Assembly (NCBI GenBank): GCA_046484865.1
Contig: JAWOID010000121.1
Span: forward strand, 1-17,974
Origin: Candidatus Krumholzibacteriia bacterium
Lineage (GTDB): Bacteria; Krumholzibacteriota; Krumholzibacteriia; LZORAL124-64-63
Reading direction: 5' to 3'
Length of the DNA: 17,974 bases
Below the pieces are notes generated by a model that did not search any database, was not told the origin of the DNA, and worked only from the letters and a program-made list of their open reading frames with translations. Positions 7,722 through 16,795 of the stretch are shown here, one piece after another. A program made the translations under genes and the position numbers. Each line of letters begins with the position of its first letter. Position 1 is the first letter of the stretch.

Positions 7722-9857
7722 CTACCGCTCGAAGAGCCCGCTCGTGTCCTTCGGATCGGCCTCGAACGACGTCACCGTGGCCGTCGCGAATTCCTCGTCG
7801 TCGTGCAGGATCCGCATCGTGTGCGGCAGGTGGAATCCGTCCACGTCCTGGTAGCTGTCGACGTAGACCTTCTGGGTCACCGGCGAACCGGTGACCGGCG
7901 ACTTCGACGGGCTCTGCACCATGTGCAGCTCGCCCTCGCGGGTCAGGAACAGGATCTGCGCGTTGCCGCCGTCCAGATCCACGTGGATCGGCAGCACGTC
8001 GATGCCTTCCACTTGCCGCGGCTCGAGCGCCTGGAACTCGTAGTCGTCCAGGTCGTGCAGCATGGCGACGATGTCGCCCGAGATCTCCCGGCGCGTCTCC
8101 GCCACCTGCTCGGCGCCCATGTCCTGGCTGCCCTGGGGGCCGGTCGCCCAGCCGGCGTCGCCCGCCACCACCTGCGTCATGTCGCCGAACGGCGTCTTGG
8201 TCAGCAGGTGCAGGCGATCGGGGAAGATCACGGTCTTGGTCATCTTGAACGTCAGGGGCATGCCTTGGATCGTGGCGTCGATCTCGCTCTTCTCCTGATA
8301 ACCCTTCAGCGCGGCCAGCTTCTTGCCGCCCGACTTCTCCCGCAGCTGCTCCATGGCCCGGCGCCCCTCGGCCAGACTCTCGGGCGTAGCCTCGGGGATC
8401 TCCATGGCCAGTGACGGCTCGGGGATCGAGATGTCGATCGAGTTGACCGGTCCGAAGCTGGAGAGGTCGCCGTCCCAGTCCGCCGGTTCACCGACGGCGA
8501 GGATGGTCAACCGGTCCGGCTGCCAGTGCCTCTGCACCGCGGACTGGATGTCGGCCGCCGTGAGCTGCCTCACCTCGTCCATGTACCGCAGCAGGAAGTC
8601 CTCGGGATAGCCGTACATCTCGAACAGGACGAGACGGTCGAGGATGGCCCGCTTGTTGGCGTAGTTGAACACCTCCGAGTTCAGCAGGGCGTCCCGGGCC
8701 TGCTGCAGTTCCAGCTCGCTCACCGGCTCGTCGCGCATCCTCTCTATCTCGGCCAGGATGCCGCGGGTCGCCGCCTCCACGGTCTGGTTCTTCGTCATCG
8801 TGAAGGCGAGGAAGGTGCCCGGATACCGCCAGCCGGTACCGGCCGAGCTGCCCACGGAGTAGGCGTATCCGAGCTTGCTGCGGATCTCGTTGAACAGGCG
8901 GCTGGAGAAGCCGCCGCCGAGGATGCGGTTGCCCACGACCAGGGCGGCATAGTCGGGATCGTCGTTGCGGATGCCCTTGTGTCCGAGCACGATCGTGGCC
9001 TGGGTGAGACCCTCCTTGGCGGCCACGTTCACGGTGCGCGGCAGGTCCGGGATCTCGGGATCGGGCGGCAAGGCCTCGCTCGCCTTCTCCCAGCCGGCGA
9101 AGGCCTGCTCGATCCGGTTCGCGATCTCGCCGGCCTCGAAGTCGCCGATCACCACCAGGTAGGTGCGGTCGGGCGCGAAGTAGCGGCGGTGGTACTGCTG
9201 CATGTCCTCGTGAGCGACGGCGGCGATGGTGTCGTACTCCGGATGCCTCGCCAGCGGGTGGTCCGGTCCCAGCAGGACCTTGACCGCCTCGCGCTGCGCG
9301 ATGGACATGGGCTCGTCGTTGCGGCGGGCGATGACGGCCTTCTGCTCCTCCTTCGCCAGCGCGATCTTGTCCTCGGCGAACGCCGGGTTCATGAGGACGT
9401 CCGCCAGCAACTCCAGGCCGAGGTCCAGGTCCTCGGTGAGCGTGGACAGGTAGGCCGAAGCGGTGGCGTCGCCCACGCCGATGTTCAGGCGCATGCCTCT
9501 GGCCTCCACCAGCGCGTCGATCTCGTCGCCGGTGCGGCTCGCGGTTCCGCCGGAGCGCATGACCGTGCCGGTCATCGACGCCAGGCCGATCTTGTCGGCC
9601 GGGTCGTAGATCGTACCGGCCTGGATGGTGGCGGAGAAGTCCACCAGCGGAAACTCGTCGTCCTCCATCAGGTAGAGGACCATCCCGTTCTCCAGCTCCA
9701 CGCGCTCGTACTCGGGCAGCTCGATGTCGCCCAGCTCGGGCACCGCGATCTTCTCCCACGGCTTCTTGCCGGCAGCGCCGGCCACGGCCGCGTTCAGGAT
9801 CAGGAGCGCCGCCAGCAACACGGCCGTCGCGGCGATCCTGCGTCGGGTCATCTGCAT
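7722..9857 (-). CDS. M16B (pitrilysin/insulinase family) peptidase, non-catalytic subunit, with signal peptide and extra C-terminal domain, 711 aa
   Basis: Signal peptide (RRR followed by a hydrophobic stretch and AGA). LENGM start of the M16 fold. HxxEH is replaced (GLASMTGTVMRSGG). ILGGGFSSRLFNEIRSKLGYAY carries the conserved R/Y pair. About 230 extra C-terminal residues. GAGGG lies upstream. Confidence 0.9.
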   Translation of the reverse strand: MQMTRRRIAATAVLLAALLILNAAVAGAAGKKPWEKIAVPELGDIELPEYERVELENGMVLYLMEDDEFPLVDFSATIQAGTIYDPADKIGLASMTGTVMRSGGTASRTGDEIDALVEARGMRLNIGVGDATASAYLSTLTEDLDLGLELLADVLMNPAFAEDKIALAKEEQKAVIARRNDEPMSIAQREAVKVLLGPDHPLARHPEYDTIAAVAHEDMQQYHRRYFAPDRTYLVVIGDFEAGEIANRIEQAFAGWEKASEALPPDPEIPDLPRTVNVAAKEGLTQATIVLGHKGIRNDDPDYAALVVGNRILGGGFSSRLFNEIRSKLGYAYSVGSSAGTGWRYPGTFLAFTMTKNQTVEAATRGILAEIERMRDEPVSELELQQARDALLNSEVFNYANKRAILDRLVLFEMYGYPEDFLLRYMDEVRQLTAADIQSAVQRHWQPDRLTILAVGEPADWDGDLSSFGPVNSIDISIPEPSLAMEIPEATPESLAEGRRAMEQLREKSGGKKLAALKGYQEKSEIDATIQGMPLTFKMTKTVIFPDRLHLLTKTPFGDMTQVVAGDAGWATGPQGSQDMGAEQVAETRREISGDIVAMLHDLDDYEFQALEPRQVEGIDVLPIHVDLDGGNAQILFLTREGELHMVQSPSKSPVTGSPVTQKVYVDSYQDVDGFHLPHTMRILHDDEEFATATVTSFEADPKDTSGLFER

Positions 9858-9897
9858 CGCTTTCCCTCTTTCGTTCCCGCGGCGGTGCCGCGCCCGG

Positions 9898-11403
9898 TCA
9901 GGAGTCCTGCTCGTTCTCGATCAGGGCGACGGTGCGGTTGCGGGGCTGGAAGATCTCCGCAGCCACTCGCTGCACGTCGTCCAGGGTCACGGCCTCGATG
10001 GCGTCCACCTGGTCGAAGAGGTTGCGCCAGTCGCCGGTCATGCCCTGGTAGAAGGCGAGCTGTCCTGCCATGCCGTTGTTGCCGCGCAGCCCGCGGACGA
10101 AGTTGGCGCGGGTGCGCTGCTTCACCGCCTCGAGTTCCTGCTCGGTGACGCCGCCGTCCACCAGCTTGTCGATCTCCGCCTGCAGCAGACCCTCGAGTTC
10201 GGCGGCCGTGACGCCCTTGGTCGGGATGCCGAAGGCGATCAGCAGATTGCGGTGGCGCTTGCCCGGGTAGCCCGCGAAGGACATCGCCTGCACCGCCTTG
10301 TTCTGCTCCTTCACCAGCGAGGTGTACAGACGGCTGGTGCGCCCCTGGCCCAGGATGTCCGCGATCACGGAGTACACCGGGTCGTCGGGGTGATGGATGC
10401 CCTCCACCTTGTAGCCGATCGTGACCACCGGCTGCGAATCCTCGCGCAGCACGATCCGCTTCTCGCCGAGCTGGTCCGGCTCCAGGGTCTCCATGGGCTG
10501 CGGCTCGCCGCCCGGGATGGCGCTGAAGTACTTCCGCGCCACCCGCTTCACCTCGTCCAGCTGGACGTCGCCGACGATGGCGATGGTCATGTTGGGGCCG
10601 ATGTAGTGCGTGTCGTAGAACTCCTGGCAGTCGGCCCGCGTGATGGTCTCGATGTCGCTCATGTACCCGATGGTGGAGTGATGATAGCCGTTGGCCATGA
10701 AGGCCAGGTTCTGCAGCTGCTCCAGCAGGCGGCCGAACGGGCTGTTGTCCGTCCGCATGCGCCTCTCCTCGGTGACCGGCCCGTCCTTCTCGGTGTAGAA
10801 CTCCCGCAGCACCGGCCGGGCCATGCGGTTGCCCTCGAGGTACCCCCACAGCTCGAGCCGGTTGCTCGGCAGGCTGTAGAAGTACTGGGTCTCGTCGGTC
10901 CAGGTGGAGGCGTTCAGGCCCACACCGCCGTTCGATTCGACGATCTGCCCGAACTCGTTGCTCACCACGTACTCCCGGGCGGCGTCCTTGGCGTCGCTGA
11001 ACGCCTGCTCGAGCTCGGCGAGCTTCTGCGGGTCGGCCCGTTCGCCCTTGTTGCGCTCCAGCTTGAGGGCCGCGAAGGCGGCGTCCTCGGCGGCCATCGC
11101 CTTCTTCTCGGCCTTGTAGTCGCTGGTGCCGATCTGGTCCGTCCCCTTGAAGGCCATGTGCTCGAGGATGTGCGCGATGCCGGTGACGCCGCGCACCTCG
11201 TTGGCGCTGCCCACGGACATGTAGGTTCGGAAGGAGAAGACCGGCACGTCATGCCGCTCCAGCACGATGAACGTGATGCCGTTGTCCAGGGTGAACTCCT
11301 GGATCCGGTCCTCGAGGTCCAGGTAGCCTTGCGCCCGGGTTGCCGGCACGAGCGCCAGCAGCACGGCGAGCGCCGCGAGCAGCGACCATCTCGATCTCCG
11401 CAT
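9898..11403 (-). CDS. M16B zinc peptidase, catalytic subunit, with signal peptide, ~501 aa
   Basis: Inverted zincin motif in GIAHILEHMAFKGT, LNASTWTDETQY, the distal Glu in VTEERRMR, and ILGQGRTSRLY. The ATG at 11403 has GGAGG 5 nt upstream, so it is preferred to the track start at 11415. Confidence 0.93.
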   Translation of the reverse strand: MRRSRWSLLAALAVLLALVPATRAQGYLDLEDRIQEFTLDNGITFIVLERHDVPVFSFRTYMSVGSANEVRGVTGIAHILEHMAFKGTDQIGTSDYKAEKKAMAAEDAAFAALKLERNKGERADPQKLAELEQAFSDAKDAAREYVVSNEFGQIVESNGGVGLNASTWTDETQYFYSLPSNRLELWGYLEGNRMARPVLREFYTEKDGPVTEERRMRTDNSPFGRLLEQLQNLAFMANGYHHSTIGYMSDIETITRADCQEFYDTHYIGPNMTIAIVGDVQLDEVKRVARKYFSAIPGGEPQPMETLEPDQLGEKRIVLREDSQPVVTIGYKVEGIHHPDDPVYSVIADILGQGRTSRLYTSLVKEQNKAVQAMSFAGYPGKRHRNLLIAFGIPTKGVTAAELEGLLQAEIDKLVDGGVTEQELEAVKQRTRANFVRGLRGNNGMAGQLAFYQGMTGDWRNLFDQVDAIEAVTLDDVQRVAAEIFQPRNRTVALIENEQDS

Positions 11404-11565
11404 GGATGCCTCCATGGTTGGCCCGCGGGAGCGGGCGTCGGGGGCGTCCGGCGAGGCCGGACGCTGTCGGGCAGACCTCGCCGGCAGTCGCCGTCGAGGT
11501 CCGTCATGATCGTCGTCGTGATCGTCGTCGGGCCAGGCGCGCAGGATCGCGGACCGCGCCTGACG

Positions 11566-12555
11566 TCAGGTCTCCATCTCCTTGCGGCCCAGCGCCTGGA
11601 TGCCCAGGGCCGTGGCCAGGACCACCGCCAGCACCAGGATGAGCAACGAGCGCCACTCCGGGACGGGCGCCTTCACGAGCGCGGTCGTGATCAGGCGCTC
11701 GAACAGGCCGGCCATGCTCTCGACGGACGGCGGCTCCGGCCGCTCGATGAGGTTCCGCAGGTGGAACCTCAGCGTGTACTCCTGGATCCGCTGCGGGATA
11801 CCCCCCACCAGCGGCTCCCAGCCGAACGCAAAGAGGATACAGACCAACAACGGCCGCCGCAGCACCGTTCCCACCCAGGCGAACAGCGCGGTGTAGGCGA
11901 ACGAGCCCAGCACCAGCACCACGCAGGTGGTCACGTAGAGCCGCACCAGGTCCACGCTCAGCACCGACCAGCGTCCGATCACCATGGCCAGGAAGCACGC
12001 CACCAGCGACGCCACCAGCAGCGAGCTGCCCACCAGCTGGGCGGCGAGCACCCGCCCCACGTAGATGGCGCCACGCCGGACCGGTCGCGACCAGGGGTAG
12101 ATCAGGGTGCCTTCGGACACCTGCTCCCCGATGGCCGACACCCCCACCGCCAGCGCGAACACCGGCACCAGGAACGGCAGGAAGGTGTGATAGCTGAGGC
12201 TGGTGAGGATCAGGCGCGGCGTCAGCAGCTCGCCCTCGTACCAGATGCGTAGCGCCACCACCAGCAGCACGGGCAAGGACGCGATGAACGCCAGCGAGAT
12301 GAGGCGCCGCCGGCGGCTCAGCTCCCGGAACGAGTACCACGCCAGCCAGAACGCCGCCGTCCCGCTGGCCACCGGCGACGGCACCCGGCCGGCCGGGTCA
12401 CCGGTCGGGTCGCCGGCCGGGCCCACGACCGGCCTGCGGGGGTCGGCGCCAGCCGCACCGGGCGAACGGCCGGTGTCGGCGTCCGCGGTCTGCGGCCCGG
12501 CGGTGCGCCGGACGTCGTCCTGAGGTGCGGTCACGTCGCTGTTCCCCTCGCTCAC
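11566..12555 (-). CDS. ABC-2-type transporter permease
   Basis: About six TM helices and IGEQVSEGTLIYPWSRPVRRGAIYVGR (E...GT......P..R motif). GTG at 12555 overlaps the upstream TGA (GTGA); GTG at 12534 is an alternative start. Low-complexity P/A/G/D N-terminal extension. Confidence 0.88.
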   Translation of the reverse strand: MSEGNSDVTAPQDDVRRTAGPQTADADTGRSPGAAGADPRRPVVGPAGDPTGDPAGRVPSPVASGTAAFWLAWYSFRELSRRRRLISLAFIASLPVLLVVALRIWYEGELLTPRLILTSLSYHTFLPFLVPVFALAVGVSAIGEQVSEGTLIYPWSRPVRRGAIYVGRVLAAQLVGSSLLVASLVACFLAMVIGRWSVLSVDLVRLYVTTCVVLVLGSFAYTALFAWVGTVLRRPLLVCILFAFGWEPLVGGIPQRIQEYTLRFHLRNLIERPEPPSVESMAGLFERLITTALVKAPVPEWRSLLILVLAVVLATALGIQALGRKEMET

Positions 12556-13556
12556 GGTCCGGTCAGATAGGTGAACACGGCCTCGAGGCTGTCGTCCAGC
12601 GTGTTGATCTCCTCCACCGGCAGCCCCTCCGTCAGGATCCAGCCGGGGAGGTCGCGGTAGAAGCGCACGGCGTGGTCGGTACGCACCACCACGCGCCCCT
12701 CGTCGCTCACCTCCACCGAGACCACGTGCGACCGTCCGGCCAGGAAGGCGGCCAGTTCCCGCGGTCGCGGCGAGATCAGCGCCACGGTGGTCGGCCGCTC
12801 CGGGATGCGGTCGCGGATCTCCGCCACGTCGCCCTCGGCCAGGACCTTGCCCCGGTGGATGAGGATGATCTGGCGCGTCATGCTCTCCACCTCGGGCAGG
12901 ATGTGGCTGGACACGAGCACCGTCCGGCCGGCCGCTCCCAGCTCCTGCACGAGGGTGATGGCCTGCTTGCGCGAGACCGGATCCATGCCGTTGAGCGGCT
13001 CGTCCATGAACACGACGTCGGGATCGTGCGCCAGCGCCTGCGCCAGCTTGATCTTCTGCCGCATCCCCTTGGAGTAGCCGCCGAGGCGCCGGTCGGCGGC
13101 ATCCTCCAGCTCGAACCGGACCAGCCAGCGATCGGCGCGCGCGCGCACCTCCGGGCCCTCGAAGCCGGCCAGGCGCAGCATCAACCCCAGGAACTCGCGG
13201 CCGGTCATCCAGTCGGGCAGCGCGTCGCTTTCCGGGCAGAAGCCGATCCGGCGGTACAGGCCGATCTGCCGCCGCAGCCGGTGACCGAGCACGCGGACGC
13301 TGCCGCAGCTCGGCTCGATGAGCCCCGCCAGCATCTTGAACAGCGTGGTCTTGCCGGCCCCGTTCTCCCCGAGCAGGCCCACCACGCCGGGCCCCACCGC
13401 GAGCGAGCAGTTGTTCACCGCGATGACCTCGCCGAACCACTTGCCCACGCCGTGCGCCTCGATCCGCACCGCCGGAGCGTCGCCAGGCCGCGCCGCCGGA
13501 GCGTCGCCAGGCCGCGCCGCCGCTCCCCCGGCGCCGTGTGCCGCCGGCCGGTTCAC
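12552..13556 (-). CDS. ABC transporter ATP-binding protein, ~334 aa
   Basis: Walker A GENGAGKTT, signature YSKGMRQK, Walker B VFMDEP and H-loop SSH. GTG at 13556 overlaps the upstream stop (GTGA) and follows GGAGG. Confidence 0.93.
   Translation of the reverse strand: MNRPAAHGAGGAAARPGDAPAARPGDAPAVRIEAHGVGKWFGEVIAVNNCSLAVGPGVVGLLGENGAGKTTLFKMLAGLIEPSCGSVRVLGHRLRRQIGLYRRIGFCPESDALPDWMTGREFLGLMLRLAGFEGPEVRARADRWLVRFELEDAADRRLGGYSKGMRQKIKLAQALAHDPDVVFMDEPLNGMDPVSRKQAITLVQELGAAGRTVLVSSHILPEVESMTRQIILIHRGKVLAEGDVAEIRDRIPERPTTVALISPRPRELAAFLAGRSHVVSVEVSDEGRVVVRTDHAVRFYRDLPGWILTEGLPVEEINTLDDSLEAVFTYLTGP
13471..13518. repeat. Exact 24-bp tandem duplication (AARPGDAP twice) in the ATPase N-terminal extension
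   Basis: GCCGGAGCGTCGCCAGGCCGCGCC at 13471-13494 and 13495-13518. Confidence 0.92.
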
Positions 13557-14407
13557 GACACCACCTCCACCGGGCGGATCCGCCGGTGCAACACCGCCAC
13601 GGCCAGAGCCGCGTACCCGAGCGTGAGCGCGAGGCTCAGCCAGGGGGAGATGGCCAGCCGCGGAGCCGCGCCGAAGATGAGCGCCCCGGCATTGTGGTAC
13701 TGGCCCGCGAAGTTCACCGCCTGCAGGCCGTCGAGCCCGGCCACGGTCACCAGCGAGCTCACCGCCTCCGACCCCATGAAGAGGATGGTCCACCACACGG
13801 TCACGAAGATCGCGCGCTTGCCCAGCGACGACATCGCGAGCAGCACCAGGCCCATGCTCGAGCCCGTGTACAGCGCGTAGACCGTCGCCTGCGCCGGGAT
13901 CTGCAGGAGCATCTCGGCGCCCGTGGCGCCGGAACCCACCAGGTAGCCGAAGAAGCAGAGGGCGTAGACCGGCGCCAGGGTGACCAGCAGGTAGGTGAAG
14001 AGCACGATCAGCAGCTTCCCCGCCACGTAATCGACCAGGTTCAGCGGTCGCGAGAAGTAGAGCGACAGCCCGTTCTCCCGCCGGTCCACCGCCACCAGGC
14101 CCGCTCCCACCAGCGCCAGCAGCAGGAAGACGAAGAAGCGCTGGCCCTCGAGGAACGCGAGGAACCCGCCGGGCGCGATGCTGGTCCAGTTGCCGCCCAC
14201 GAGATCCAGGAGGTCGCCGGTGCGCGCCTTCACGAAGATGATGGTCCCCTTCACCACGGCCGGGATCCAGGCCAGGACCAGGAGGAAGAGCAGCCCGCGC
14301 TTGCGCAGCGGGCCGACGATGCCCCGGCGGGCGATCACCCACCAGGGCGGATATGCCTGCCGACCGGACGGCTGCCAGGACGTGTACCCGCGCTCGTAGA
14401 CCGGCAT
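13553..14407 (-). CDS. ABC-2-type transporter permease, ~284 aa
   Basis: Starts MPVYERGY at ATG 14407, after GGAGG. Contains LVAVDRRENGLSLYFSRPLNLVDYVAGKL (D.......LYFSRP.....Y...K motif) and about six TM helices. Confidence 0.9.
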   Translation of the reverse strand: MPVYERGYTSWQPSGRQAYPPWWVIARRGIVGPLRKRGLLFLLVLAWIPAVVKGTIIFVKARTGDLLDLVGGNWTSIAPGGFLAFLEGQRFFVFLLLALVGAGLVAVDRRENGLSLYFSRPLNLVDYVAGKLLIVLFTYLLVTLAPVYALCFFGYLVGSGATGAEMLLQIPAQATVYALYTGSSMGLVLLAMSSLGKRAIFVTVWWTILFMGSEAVSSLVTVAGLDGLQAVNFAGQYHNAGALIFGAAPRLAISPWLSLALTLGYAALAVAVLHRRIRPVEVVS

Positions 14408-14411
14408 TCGC

Positions 14412-15452
14412 TCAGTCCTCCTCCACGAGTCGGTAGAACTCCTCCGCCAGGGAGACCGGCCGCGGCCGCAGGCGCCGCGGCGCGTAGCCGGCGGCGTGGG
14501 CCGCTTCCAGGATGAGGCGCAGACCCGCGGCCGCGGTAGCGCCCGGCTCGGCGGCATCCTCGACCCCGGCCGCCGCACCGGCAGCGCGCTCGGACTCCGG
14601 GGCGCCGGCGGACTCCGGGGCGCCGGCGAGCTCGAGGGTGACCAGGATGCGGCGGCCGTCGCGGGTCACCGCCGCCGCCATCGTCTCGAGCCGGCGCAGG
14701 AAGGCGCCCTCGTCGCCGAACCCCTCCACCTCGTAGACCCGTCGCCGCGCACGCGCGGCGGCCGTCACGCTCTGCTGGCTGAGCAGCCGTCCCTGGCGCA
14801 GCACCAGGATCTCGGTGCACACCGCCTCCACGTCGGCCAGCAGGTGCGTCGACAGGATGACGCCGAAGCCCTTGTTACCGGCGAGATCGCGCACCAGGTC
14901 GAGCATCGCGGCGCGGCCGCGCGGGTCGAGCCCGCTCGTGGGCTCGTCCAGGAAGAGCCAGACCGGATCGTGCACCAGCGCCGTGGCCAGCTTCAGGCGC
15001 TGCTTCATGCCCTGGCTGTACGTCTCGCAGGGACGGTAGCGCTCGTCCGCCAGCCCCACGTAGTGGAGCACCTCGTGCGCGCGCTGCATCGCATCCCGCG
15101 CGGGCATGCCCGCCAGCTCGCCCATGTACGACACCAGCCCCACGCCGCTCAGGCCGGGGATGACGCCGCCGCGCTCGGGCATCCAGCCCAGGCGGCCGCG
15201 GACGGCGCGGGCCTGCGCCGCCATATCGCGGCCCAGCACGTGCACGCGCCCGGGACGCAGGGGCAGGTGGCCGAGCAGGGCCCGCAGCAGGGTGGTCTTG
15301 CCCGATCCGTTCGGTCCCAGCAGGCCGATGGCGCCGCGTTCCAGCTCGAAGCTCACGTCCCGCAGCACCGGCTCGCGCGCGTAGGCGAACGTCAATCCGT
15401 CCACGCGGAGAGACGTCTCGGCCGAGTTGACTTTGTGATCGGGCCTCTTCAT
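14412..15452 (-). CDS. ABC transporter ATP-binding protein, ~346 aa
   Basis: Walker A GPNGSGKTT, signature YSQGMKQR, Walker B LFLDEPT and H-loop STH. ATG at 15452 is preceded by GAGG. Confidence 0.93.
   Translation of the reverse strand: MKRPDHKVNSAETSLRVDGLTFAYAREPVLRDVSFELERGAIGLLGPNGSGKTTLLRALLGHLPLRPGRVHVLGRDMAAQARAVRGRLGWMPERGGVIPGLSGVGLVSYMGELAGMPARDAMQRAHEVLHYVGLADERYRPCETYSQGMKQRLKLATALVHDPVWLFLDEPTSGLDPRGRAAMLDLVRDLAGNKGFGVILSTHLLADVEAVCTEILVLRQGRLLSQQSVTAAARARRRVYEVEGFGDEGAFLRRLETMAAAVTRDGRRILVTLELAGAPESAGAPESERAAGAAAGVEDAAEPGATAAAGLRLILEAAHAAGYAPRRLRPRPVSLAEEFYRLVEED
14591..14626. repeat. Exact 18-bp tandem duplication (AGAPES twice) within an Ala/Gly/Glu-rich insert of the ATPase C-terminal domain
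   Basis: CGGACTCCGGGGCGCCGG at 14591-14608 and 14609-14626. Confidence 0.92.
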
Positions 15453-15622
15453 TATCCTCGAACCGGTTGTGCGCGCCGGGGCCGAAGGAAGATGCACCCC
15501 CGCCGCTGGTAGACGCAAGAGACGAAACGATTGTTGCCTGCGGTCGACCCCGGGATCATTCGAGACCGCTGACCGCCCGGAATCCGGTCCCGGCCATCGC
15601 TTCCCCCCGTACGGAGGTCCCC

Positions 15623-16795
15623 ATGTCCCCCACCCGGATCATGACCGCCGAATCGGTGACCGCCGGCCACGCGGACAAGCTCTGCGACCTGATCGCCGAC
15701 GCCATCCTCGACGCCATCCTCGCCAGCGACCGATATGCGCGCGTGTCCTGCGAGGCCACCGTGACGACGGGGCTGGTGGTGGTCACGGGGCAGATCACCA
15801 CCAAGTGCTACGTGGACATCGCCCAGGTGGTGCGCCGCACCATCGCCGCGGTGGGCTACGACGACCCGGCCCTGGGCTTCGACCACAACAGTTGCGCGGT
15901 GATGGTGATGCTGGAGGAGCAGTCGCAGGAGGTGGCGGTCGGGGTGGATCGCAAGGGCGCCGGCGACCAGGGGGTGGTCGTGGGCTATGCGACGGACGAG
16001 GGGTCGGAGCTGCCGGCGGACATGCACCTCATGCCGGTACCGGCCTTCCTCGCCAACCGCCTCGCCGAGCGACTGACCGCCGTGCGGACCGAGGGCCGGC
16101 TCACCGACATCTACCCCGACGGCAAGGTGCAGGTGTCGGTGCGGTACGAGGGCGGTGCGCCCGCGGGACTCTCGCACGTGGTGGTGTCGGCCCATCATCG
16201 CAAGGACACGGACCTGGACGAGTTGCGCGACGACCTGCGCCGCCTCGTGATCCGTCCCACGCTGGAGCCCACGGGACTGCTGGACGAGGGCACCCAGATC
16301 CTGATCAATCCGGTCGGTCCGTTCACCGAGGGGGGCCCGCGCGCCGACTGCGGGCTGACCGGGCGCAAGATCACGGTGGACACGTACGGCACCGCCTGCC
16401 CCCACGGCGGCAGCTCGCTCAGCGGCAAGGATCCCACCAAGCCCGACCGCAGCGGCACCTACGGCGCGCGCTGGGCGGCGAAGAACGTGGTGGCCGCCGG
16501 CCTGGCGCACCGCTGCGCCGTGGAGATCGCCTACGTCATCGGGCTGCCCCGGCCGGTGGCGGTGGCGGTGGACACCTACGGCACCGGCTCGGTGTCGGAC
16601 GACGAGTTGACCAAGATCGTGCAGGCGACCTTCGACCTGTCGCCGGCGGGGATCATCGAGAGCCTCGACCTGCGGCGGCCCATCTACACGGCCACTGCAG
16701 CCTACGGCCACTTCGGCCGCACGGGCGAGAACTTCCCCTGGGAGCGGCTGGACCGCGTCGAGGCGCTGCGCGCCGCGAAGGGAGGACGGACGTGA
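15623..16795 (+). CDS. metK: Methionine adenosyltransferase (S-adenosylmethionine synthetase), 390 aa, somewhat divergent
   Basis: ESVTAGHADKLCD, SCE, GAGDQG, PDGK.QV, GGPRADCGLTGRKI.VDTYG, SGKDPTK.DRS and TAAYGHFGR...FPWE. ATG at 15623 has GGAGG at 15613-15617. Confidence 0.95.
   Translation: MSPTRIMTAESVTAGHADKLCDLIADAILDAILASDRYARVSCEATVTTGLVVVTGQITTKCYVDIAQVVRRTIAAVGYDDPALGFDHNSCAVMVMLEEQSQEVAVGVDRKGAGDQGVVVGYATDEGSELPADMHLMPVPAFLANRLAERLTAVRTEGRLTDIYPDGKVQVSVRYEGGAPAGLSHVVVSAHHRKDTDLDELRDDLRRLVIRPTLEPTGLLDEGTQILINPVGPFTEGGPRADCGLTGRKITVDTYGTACPHGGSSLSGKDPTKPDRSGTYGARWAAKNVVAAGLAHRCAVEIAYVIGLPRPVAVAVDTYGTGSVSDDELTKIVQATFDLSPAGIIESLDLRRPIYTATAAYGHFGRTGENFPWERLDRVEALRAAKGGRT

Noticed and set aside
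7623..8414. Plus-strand 263-aa ORF as the target of the 7458-7487 promoter
   Set aside because: It is almost entirely antisense to the M16 gene, has no RBS, its start is buried in a stem, and it has no recognisable motifs.
15453..15622. SAM, SAH or glycine riboswitch upstream of metK
   Set aside because: No SAM-I core (ATC.AGAG...GGCAACC...GGTGC). The isolated GCCGAAGGA lacks the rest of a glycine aptamer.
15469..16791. 441-codon N-terminal extension of the lyase ORF given in the track
   Set aside because: It is an alternate frame over metK. The real start is GTG 16792, with its own RBS.
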